DNA of 64,000 nucleotides from a bacterium (GTDB lineage Bacteria; Patescibacteriota; Patescibacteriia; Patescibacteriales; GWC2-42-12): NCBI GenBank assembly GCA_030650415.1, contig JAUSEG010000042.1, positions 15,052 to 79,051 of the forward strand, read 5' to 3'. Shown piece by piece: positions 25,561 to 33,572 of this stretch (position 1 is its first letter; each line of letters starts with the position of its first letter). The notes under the pieces were generated by a model. It saw only the letters and a program-made list of their open reading frames with translations, ran no database searches and was not told where the DNA came from. The position numbers and the translations under genes were made by a program.

Positions 25561-25620
25561 AAAATTTTTTATAATAATAAAAATTTAAAATAATTCTATT
25601 GCCTCTAAAAAACCAAACAA

Positions 25621-28600
25621 TTAAAAATCCCTCATCTTAAAAACGCAATAATAGTGATCGCCGCAGCCAAGTCCGGCGCAACAAGTATATCTGCTGGATA
25701 AAGGTTCGCATCGAGATTGATCGCGTACATCGGCCGCGGGAAAAGCTTCATCCGGCTGGTAAATTATCCAATTTCCCTTATAAATAGTCTTATCAAACCC
25801 GCATTCAAACTGAACATCTCCTTGTAAATATATATAGGCGTCGCCAACCCCCCTCGGTGCCTTAGGGTCAAGAGGAATTTTAGATATGTAAGGGCTAATT
25901 GCGTCCATTAAAGCCGTATTTCCCGGTACCCCGTTGGGTCTTACTATAGTATCAGGCGACTTAGGTGAATTCTGTATATAACCTTTCCAGCATCTTTCTC
26001 CCGCGGGCACTCCGAGGCAAGAACCGTCTACATTTTGGTAGTGTGTACCCGGTGGTACGGAATTAGGAAATTTTCCACCGTTTTTATCGGCATAACTATA
26101 AAAAGCCTTTGAAATATCCAATAAATCTTTAGCTCTCTGCGAAAAAATCATTATTAAACCTTTTTCTTGGCATTTGCCGGCGCCTGATGTGCCGACTCTA
26201 TAGATGCAATTCTGATCAGCGGCGGTTGCGTTTGCGCAGCTACCGACCGGATCGCTACATTTTAAGACTGTGGAAGTGGCGCTATTATTATGGGCCGCGT
26301 CCGCAGCAACAATAGAAAAATAATACTTTGATCCGGGGTTTAAATTAGTAATCGTCGCCGTACAGCCAAAGCCTAAGCATTTATTTCTATTTACATTAAC
26401 CGTCCCGCCGCATGAACCGGCGACGGCGCCATAACATACTTTATAGCTAACCGTTCCGGTGGCCATACTATCTCTATCAGCCGTCCAACCAACAACGGCC
26501 GTGGAGCTGGCCACCGGTAGAACCCATAAAATATTCGGCTGAACCGGAGCTACAGTATCGGCCGGAGTTAGTTCAAACTCGTTGGAATAAACGCTTTCAA
26601 CTTTTTTAGCATTATAAGAAGTAAAAGCAAAATAGTATCTTTTACCATTAGTTAAGCCAGTTATCTCTTTAGTTTGCGTTGGTCCGATTTGTGGCGCCGT
26701 CATATCAATTGAATTAGTATAATTACCTCTAGCAATACCGTAATATAATTTATAACCGACAACAGAAGGAACCGCAACTACCGTATTCCACCTGGCTAAT
26801 GCTGTGCCACCCTCAGGCGGGGCGCTGACTGAAAGACCGACGGAAGCAGCAGGCAAACCCTCTCTAAGAAAAAATAATTCTTTTAAAATATCAACTTGGC
26901 ATTTACCGGTGCCTAATGTGCCGGCGCTATAGGTGCAATCCTCATCAGCGGCGGTTGCATTTGCGCAGCTACCGGCCGGATCACTGCATTTTAAATTCGC
27001 GCTTCTGCCTCTTTTTACCGCCTCATTTAAAATCGCCGGCAGATCATCAGCCGTCCCCGGCCCGCCCGCGTCGCGGCAATAATGTAATTCAAAATTGGTG
27101 CTTTCATTACAAGCGACGCCGCCAGCGCAAGCTCCTGTTGCGCCTTCAACCGCGTCTCTCCACGGATTCCAAGTGCCATTTAATGAATTTACCGTCGGCC
27201 AAGGATTGGCGCATAAAAATACATAAACCTGCGCTAGGCCTTCCTTAATCATGCCCGTGGTTTGCGCCACCGAATCTTGAGTGATAGTGGTTCTGGCATG
27301 AAGCAAAGTATAAGCGTCCTTAACGTTTTGCGCTACTAAAGTATGAACATTAACATCTTGCGAAGCATTTTCTCCAGCCTTAAATTTCACCACCGCTTGA
27401 TTATCAATCGCCCAATCCCAGGTCCAATTATAGACGCCGGCAAGCGGAACGATCGCTTGCCCGTCTGCAGAAGATGCGGTAGCGCGGAAAACTTTATCGC
27501 TATCTTCTTTATCAGTATCATAATTTGCTCCAGCTAAATTATCAGCCGTATTATCAACATAAGATTTAAATAAATAACTAACCGGATTAACTGAAATCGA
27601 ATCAATTTGGCAAATACCGCTGTCGGCTCTCGTACTCGGTTTAGTAGTAAACGACCAAACTTTAGCATTAAGAAAAGTTAGACCGTTAAAATAAGCCGGA
27701 GACCCATTCGCATAACCAGCGTTGCTCATACCAATACCGTTTTCACTTAAAACTCCATTGTTAACAGTATCAAAAAGATTAGAATTACCTTTTATAATTA
27801 CATAATATATTTTATTAGGATCTAATACCTTTTGCATTTTAAATTCTAAAACAGTTTTCTGGCCGTTGAATGTATTATAGCCGCTAACCGTGCCGGGAAC
27901 TTTGCAAAAATTTCTGGTTAAAGCAGCCTGAGCTTCGGCGGTAAATAACTTATTAACTACCGGTATTTTAGACAGCCAGGAATTTATTCTGGCTAAGATC
28001 GTCGGTTTATAAGCCGCGGTTAAATAAGTAGTGCCGGCCGGACATTGGCTGTCTCTATAATCGCCGATCACTATAACATTATTGGTAAAAGTATCTATCC
28101 GCATGAGCTTATTAAAAGTCGCCTGAATTAATGTATTGCGGCAAACTTTATTCGGATGAGCAGCGTCATTACCAGTTAAATCAATCGGCACGGTAGAAAC
28201 CACGCTTGGCCTGGCCTCACAGCAAGTGTCAGATCCGCAACCATTTACGTTTGCGTTAGCTACGTTGCATTCACTATCAGCAGAACAGCCGCAGCAAAGT
28301 CCGCGGTTACCTCTTAAATTATTATCCAAAATGCAGCTAACCCCAACCGCACAGTCGCTATCGCTTGAACAGACGCTGGTTTCACCCGGATCAATCGATC
28401 TGCTATTATTAGTATCACATTTTTTCACATTACTGGCGCAATTGCCTTTGTCCGCTAAGCAGGTAAATTTATCATTAATTTTCTTGCACTTATCATAATT
28501 AGGGTTAGGCGATCCGTCTGTGTTAAGTTTATTAGAATCACTCTTTCTTGGGTCGCAACAACAAGTACCGCAGTCGGCAGTTGACGCGTTCGTCGCGTAA

Positions 28601-31600
28601 GTACCGGCCTCGGTTATACAGCTGAAGCCAGAGCACTTATTAACATCACAAATTTGATTCTGTGTTGAAGTGGCAACCTTTAAGCAGGTCTCGCCGAATT
28701 GCGGCGGAGTAACACATTGAGCAGTACATCCGGTCGGTCCATCCAGGGTTTTATAGGTTGGTGACGTGGAAGAGGCCACCATTGGGCCAGAACAACTGGC
28801 GCTCGTAGGTGTCTTGTTGCATTTAAAATATGAGCAATAAGCATAATTATAATTAGTGCTATTGCCTTGCGCAATACCATAGATTCCGGTTCCGCCGCGG
28901 CAAGCATTATTATTCTTAGCGTCAACACAGCAAGAGCCCGCACCCACGCCTGAACAAATCTGGGCGCTGGATAATTGAGCGCAATCTTTGCATGTTCCCT
29001 TGCCTGCTGCGCCGGTCATATCGCAAAATTTTCCGCTCGTGCCCGAGCAATTGCAGGTCTCGTTGCTGGCAGTCTGGCTGGCCGGCTGATTGGTAGTGCT
29101 ATCGCTATTTTTTACAATTACCGTACAGCCGGAGCATAAACCGAAGTTCCCGCCAGCGCCGCAAGTATCATCGCAGGTTAACGGAGCGCAACAGCCGGGA
29201 TTGTTACCTGTCGTCGTATTATTCTGGCTGATATCACAGCAGCATTCGCAGCCGGCCGTATCGTCTTTTTCGCATTTACCGCTTGAGTTGCAGGTTAAAC
29301 CGGCCTGACAAACAGGTATATCAACCGCGCAAACTCCTTCTCCGCCGCTGCCGCGGTGCGAGCAAGTAAAACCGACAGAACAAGCAACGCAAGCCGACCC
29401 CAAACATTTAGTTTTATCAATACTCTTAGTATAGGTAGCAGTGGGGGTTGTAATACATGTTTGATTACTGTCATAATACCAGACGCTCTTATTATCGACT
29501 TGGCCGCATTTCAATTCAACCGGCTTGCGCTCAACGTCGTTTATAGTTCGACTAGAATCGCAAGTCTGAAAAGCGCCAACAGTTTTTTGGCACTTATTTA
29601 ACACGGCATTATATGAACACAGATCGCTGTTATCAGCGCCCTTGCATATGCTCAATTCTCCGCAAGCGTCCTTGCCGCATCTCACTCCGGTATCTATCTT
29701 GCCGCCGGCCGCCTTAGTCGAGCATTGCCCGGGAGAATTCGGGCAATAAAAGCTATTGGCGCATTGATCGCCATAACCGGAGCAGGATTCAGGATCAGCG
29801 CATTCAGTCTCTCCGTCACCATTAGCATCTCTGCAATTAGTGCAGCAACTATCATCGTCACACAAGATTGGCTTGTCGGCCGGACAGCTGAACGGGCACT
29901 CTCCGCCGACACAGGCACGACCGGTACCGCTATTGCAGCAAGTTGTGCCACAAGTAGGAGCTTCTGAACAATTCAGATTATCGCATCTCCCGTAACCGCC
30001 ATTACCGTTCGGATCAGTGCATCTTTGGGCTGTAGTACAGCAAGAAGAACCGCAGACAATCTGATCTGGATTGCATTGAGCAGTTCCAAGAGTCGTAAAA
30101 TTCCATTCATAAACGCAAGATTTTATTTCCGGGAAACAAACCTCTTGTTCTGTTTTTTTTGCTCCGGTGATATCTTTGCATTGGCCAACATATGGCGTCC
30201 CGGCCGAACAGCAAAGATTACCAGTACCGCAATCATCCGTATCAGCCGTTTTCGGCCGACAGATACCAACTTTAAAATTCAAACCGTTACCAACCAATTC
30301 GGGATTGGTAGATTTAACCGCCTTAACCGGTCCGGTTACGGCGACCTGATGAACCGTGGTCACGGCTTTGTCCGGTTTAAGGTTGCCCGTAGCCAAATTA
30401 TCCCGCTCCCAAGAAACAATTTTTTTGTCCCCGGTGGTTTTTCCTGACTGATCATGATTAAGCTGAAATCTTACTTTGCTGTAAGTCTCATCAAAGTTCC
30501 CAAAATATTCGCCCCACAAACTTATAGGACTATTAGCCTGCCCCATAATCGGTTGGATTTTGCATAAACTCGGCGCCAGCGGCAAGTCTGACTTAAATGT
30601 AAATGTTGATGGAATCAAGGATCCGGTATCAATCGCCGGCCAAGATCCGATCTCCATGGTTATCTTATAATTTCCAGGGGTACTCTCATTGCCAACTAAC
30701 CCGGTTGGCACTTTAACTATTACCTGCCTATCGCTCCAAATTGAATCGGCGCAAATTTCTGGAAAATCATAACTGGCTTCAGTGCCGCCGACTACCTTGC
30801 CTGCATTATCTATTGTTCCGCCGAAATAAACATGGCTCTGGTTCGGACTCTGATTGGCTCCCCTAACGGCTCCAAACCCTCGGCCATTAATCGTTACATA
30901 CTGCCCGGCCGAACCGCCCTTAGGATCAAAAGAAGAAATAATCGGTCCGGCGTAAGGTTCGGCTAATTTAGTAAAATCCAAATAATTACTATAGACATTA
31001 CCGTTCATGACGAAAGTAGTGGTTCTGCCGGTTTGAATATTGGGAACTTTGCCTGTACCGGTTGTTTCTACGGTAAATGGAGAATCATTAACCAAAATTG
31101 GCGCCTGCGTATTGCCAAAATAGGGTTTATTGTCTCTTAATTTTATGCCACTATAAGTAATCGGAGTATCTATTACTCCCTGAGCCGGGGCAACACTGCA
31201 AAGTCCGGGACGAGAAATATCGTTAACGACAAAATTCGGTATAACCGGATTGGCCGTGGTGTCATCCGAAAAACCCGCAGATGTATCAATCCTAATCGGT
31301 CCATTAATCGCGGTGGCCGGCACTTCCACAATAATCTGCGTATCTGTCCAACTATTTACGCAGCCCGGAGAGCTAGCTAAACTGGCTTCCCTATTATTAG
31401 AAAAGAAAACCTTGCCTGACCCCTGAGTGTCGCCAAAATATCTTCCAACTACAGTTACGAAATTCCCCGCTGCGCCGTTTGGCGCATTGAGATTGCATTT
31501 TGCCGGCGAGGTACAATGCTTATCCTCCAAACAAGCTGTATTAATATTACTATCAGCAGTAATAACTTTACTACTATCTCGGCAGAATCCGCCGACCGGA

Positions 31601-33129
31601 AAAACCCCGGTAATAACCGGCGGCCGCTGGCAAAGACAGCAATCAGCGGTTCTTTCCGCGTAGCCGGCGGCTTCACATTTTTTACTGGCTGTTGAAGCCT
31701 GAGGACGGCAGACTTGCGAAGCACAAATCGTATTGCTACATTCCGTTATCGGCGCATTCATATCTTTAGCGCAGGCCGCGCCATCGCAAGCGCCGCAATC
31801 TCCGCCGCAATCTATGTCAATTTCGTTACCGTCCTTTTTGCCGTTACAGCAATGGCCCGGGCTAATCGGAGTGGAGAAACTACCAGTAACCGCGTGGCCG
31901 GATAAATCATAGCTATGGATGCCAAAGGTATATATAACCTTATTCTGTGCATCTAAAACAGGTATAGCGCTAGTGTCATATTTATGCGTGCCTACCCAAT
32001 AAGGCGTTAATTCAGAAAAACTGATCGGTGGTAACCCAACTTCGTCATCGTCGGCTCTTTTTTGATAAAAATTTAAATTTGCCAGACCAATATCATCACT
32101 AACCCGGCCACTGACTAAATTAGCATCGACAGGATAATCGGGATAATCTAGTAAATCTTGAGCAGTAACCCGGCACATTTGCCTGGGCATTACCCAGGCC
32201 GCCGGCCCGATTGTATCCGTTGAATCATTAGTAGAAAAAACAAAAGTGCAGCCTGTTCCGGCGTTACAATTTAAAGGTTCAGATTGACCGTTGATAGTGA
32301 TTTTAGAGAATAAACCACCAAAACCGTTAAGACCATTAGCGCCACCATTAATCGTCACTTGAAATTTACTCCACTCGGGCAGGCAATTTGCTACCGGCTT
32401 TTTCTCTTTATCAAAGCAGCCGGCACTCGGCTTAAAGCTAATCATCCTGGTGGTAGAAGCTATGGTGCCGACAATTGGATCTTCTGTGTTCGGTGGAATT
32501 GACGTTACTGTCCCATTAAGATCCTTTTCTATTCTTTGAACCTTAAAATTATTATTTAAAGTTCCCTGGGTTGTATTTTTAAATAAATCTTTGTTGAAAA
32601 AAGCTTTTATCTCTACATTTCTTATTATCCCTATCGCCGTATTCCACGGTATAGTGCCATTAATTGAAAAAGGCGCGGGAGGGGCAGAAGGAATACATCC
32701 CGGACCAACGCAAGGCGGAGGCGGCTCGCCACCGCCGCCAGGACCAATCACGCCAATTATAGAATTTAAAACAAAAGTAACGATAGCGAAAGAAGCGACG
32801 ACGAGAATTAAACCGATAACCCCGTTAATTAAAATCTTTTTAGCCCTTTCTACTCGATCGGCCTCGCCGCCGGCCGTCATCCAAATAAAACCCGCGTAAA
32901 TAATAATACAAACGGCGAGTATGCCTAAGAAGCCAAGCACGGCTCTTATGACGTTAGCGATAATAACCCGCAGATCGCCGCTTCCGCCGGCTAAGCCGGC
33001 GTTCTGCCGAAAACTTTCCCCGTTAGTATTGTCTCCCCAGAAGTTCTCGGCCAATGCGAAATCAGCCAAAGCGAAAATCGCGATCAGCAGGCTAAGAACT
33101 ATTAATATTTTTTTTATTTTAATCGTCAT
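25621..33129 (-). CDS. giant (~2500 aa) Cys-rich surface protein with N-terminal VirB2/TrbC-like two-helix pilin module
   Basis: Uninterrupted ORF. Start taken at MTIKIKKILIVLSLLIAIFALADFALA. The hydrophobic pair LGFLGILAVCIIIYAGFIWMTAGGE...VIGLILVVASFAIVTFVL is followed by IPT/TIG-like, disintegrin-like CCNGKKDGNEIDIDCGGDCGAC, FN3-like and pilin-head-like (SQRAKDLLDISKAFYSYADKNGGKFP) segments. Confidence 0.85.
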   Translation of the reverse strand: MTIKIKKILIVLSLLIAIFALADFALAENFWGDNTNGESFRQNAGLAGGSGDLRVIIANVIRAVLGFLGILAVCIIIYAGFIWMTAGGEADRVERAKKILINGVIGLILVVASFAIVTFVLNSIIGVIGPGGGGEPPPPCVGPGCIPSAPPAPFSINGTIPWNTAIGIIRNVEIKAFFNKDLFKNTTQGTLNNNFKVQRIEKDLNGTVTSIPPNTEDPIVGTIASTTRMISFKPSAGCFDKEKKPVANCLPEWSKFQVTINGGANGLNGFGGLFSKITINGQSEPLNCNAGTGCTFVFSTNDSTDTIGPAAWVMPRQMCRVTAQDLLDYPDYPVDANLVSGRVSDDIGLANLNFYQKRADDDEVGLPPISFSELTPYWVGTHKYDTSAIPVLDAQNKVIYTFGIHSYDLSGHAVTGSFSTPISPGHCCNGKKDGNEIDIDCGGDCGACDGAACAKDMNAPITECSNTICASQVCRPQASTASKKCEAAGYAERTADCCLCQRPPVITGVFPVGGFCRDSSKVITADSNINTACLEDKHCTSPAKCNLNAPNGAAGNFVTVVGRYFGDTQGSGKVFFSNNREASLASSPGCVNSWTDTQIIVEVPATAINGPIRIDTSAGFSDDTTANPVIPNFVVNDISRPGLCSVAPAQGVIDTPITYSGIKLRDNKPYFGNTQAPILVNDSPFTVETTGTGKVPNIQTGRTTTFVMNGNVYSNYLDFTKLAEPYAGPIISSFDPKGGSAGQYVTINGRGFGAVRGANQSPNQSHVYFGGTIDNAGKVVGGTEASYDFPEICADSIWSDRQVIVKVPTGLVGNESTPGNYKITMEIGSWPAIDTGSLIPSTFTFKSDLPLAPSLCKIQPIMGQANSPISLWGEYFGNFDETYSKVRFQLNHDQSGKTTGDKKIVSWERDNLATGNLKPDKAVTTVHQVAVTGPVKAVKSTNPELVGNGLNFKVGICRPKTADTDDCGTGNLCCSAGTPYVGQCKDITGAKKTEQEVCFPEIKSCVYEWNFTTLGTAQCNPDQIVCGSSCCTTAQRCTDPNGNGGYGRCDNLNCSEAPTCGTTCCNSGTGRACVGGECPFSCPADKPILCDDDSCCTNCRDANGDGETECADPESCSGYGDQCANSFYCPNSPGQCSTKAAGGKIDTGVRCGKDACGELSICKGADNSDLCSYNAVLNKCQKTVGAFQTCDSSRTINDVERKPVELKCGQVDNKSVWYYDSNQTCITTPTATYTKSIDKTKCLGSACVACSVGFTCSHRGSGGEGVCAVDIPVCQAGLTCNSSGKCEKDDTAGCECCCDISQNNTTTGNNPGCCAPLTCDDTCGAGGNFGLCSGCTVIVKNSDSTTNQPASQTASNETCNCSGTSGKFCDMTGAAGKGTCKDCAQLSSAQICSGVGAGSCCVDAKNNNACRGGTGIYGIAQGNSTNYNYAYCSYFKCNKTPTSASCSGPMVASSTSPTYKTLDGPTGCTAQCVTPPQFGETCLKVATSTQNQICDVNKCSGFSCITEAGTYATNASTADCGTCCCDPRKSDSNKLNTDGSPNPNYDKCKKINDKFTCLADKGNCASNVKKCDTNNSRSIDPGETSVCSSDSDCAVGVSCILDNNLRGNRGLCCGCSADSECNVANANVNGCGSDTCCEARPSVVSTVPIDLTGNDAAHPNKVCRNTLIQATFNKLMRIDTFTNNVIVIGDYRDSQCPAGTTYLTAAYKPTILARINSWLSKIPVVNKLFTAEAQAALTRNFCKVPGTVSGYNTFNGQKTVLEFKMQKVLDPNKIYYVIIKGNSNLFDTVNNGVLSENGIGMSNAGYANGSPAYFNGLTFLNAKVWSFTTKPSTRADSGICQIDSISVNPVSYLFKSYVDNTADNLAGANYDTDKEDSDKVFRATASSADGQAIVPLAGVYNWTWDWAIDNQAVVKFKAGENASQDVNVHTLVAQNVKDAYTLLHARTTITQDSVAQTTGMIKEGLAQVYVFLCANPWPTVNSLNGTWNPWRDAVEGATGACAGGVACNESTNFELHYCRDAGGPGTADDLPAILNEAVKRGRSANLKCSDPAGSCANATAADEDCTYSAGTLGTGKCQVDILKELFFLREGLPAASVGLSVSAPPEGGTALARWNTVVAVPSVVGYKLYYGIARGNYTNSIDMTAPQIGPTQTKEITGLTNGKRYYFAFTSYNAKKVESVYSNEFELTPADTVAPVQPNILWVLPVASSTAVVGWTADRDSMATGTVSYKVCYGAVAGSCGGTVNVNRNKCLGFGCTATITNLNPGSKYYFSIVAADAAHNNSATSTVLKCSDPVGSCANATAADQNCIYRVGTSGAGKCQEKGLIMIFSQRAKDLLDISKAFYSYADKNGGKFPNSVPPGTHYQNVDGSCLGVPAGERCWKGYIQNSPKSPDTIVRPNGVPGNTALMDAISPYISKIPLDPKAPRGVGDAYIYLQGDVQFECGFDKTIYKGNWIIYQPDEAFPAADVRDQSRCEPLSSRYTCCAGLGCGDHYYCVFKMRDF

Positions 33130-33138
33130 TTGTATTTT

Positions 33139-33538
33139 GTCATTGCGGCCTCCGAGCCGCAATCCAGGGGTAATATGTACAAATTATATTTCATTAAATA
33201 AATCTCGCCAAACAAAATTATTTTTTTCAATTAATTGTATCTTCCAATTTCTTTTCCAATCTTTCAGTTGTTTTTCTCTGCTAATTGCTCCGTAAACATC
33301 GCCATGAACTTCATAATACACTAATTTGCCTACTTTATATTTTTTAGTAAAACCGTCATATGCTCCGCTTCTATGTTTAAAAACTCTATCTGCTAAATTT
33401 GAAGTTATGCCGATATATAATGTGCCGTTTCTTTTACTGGCCAAAATATAAACATAATACTGTTTTTCCTCCTTCATATATATTAATATTCTTGTTCTCG
33501 GCTCTTAATCTGGATTGCGGCTCGGAGGCCGCAATGAC
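33139..33538. mobile_element. 400-bp element with perfect 29-bp TIRs carrying a GIY-YIG nuclease gene
   Basis: GTCATTGCGGCCTCCGAGCCGCAATCCAG at 33139-33167 has its exact reverse complement at 33510-33538. The only ORF inside is 33184..33477. Confidence 0.7.
33184..33477 (-). CDS. GIY-YIG nuclease family protein (97 aa)
   Basis: YYVYILASKRNGTLYIGITSNLADRVFKHRSG...REKQLKDWKR matches the GIY-YIG/URI-domain motifs. Confidence 0.88.
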   Translation of the reverse strand: MKEEKQYYVYILASKRNGTLYIGITSNLADRVFKHRSGAYDGFTKKYKVGKLVYYEVHGDVYGAISREKQLKDWKRNWKIQLIEKNNFVWRDLFNEI

Positions 33539-33572
33539 AAGAAAAATTATTGCCCCGGCATTGACAGAAAAA

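Noticed and set aside
26166-26996. Diversity-generating retroelement (template/variable repeat) explanation for the internal repeat in the giant gene
   Set aside because: The differences between the two copies are of all kinds (G/A, C/T, T/C, G/C), not adenine-specific. No reverse transcriptase gene is in the window.
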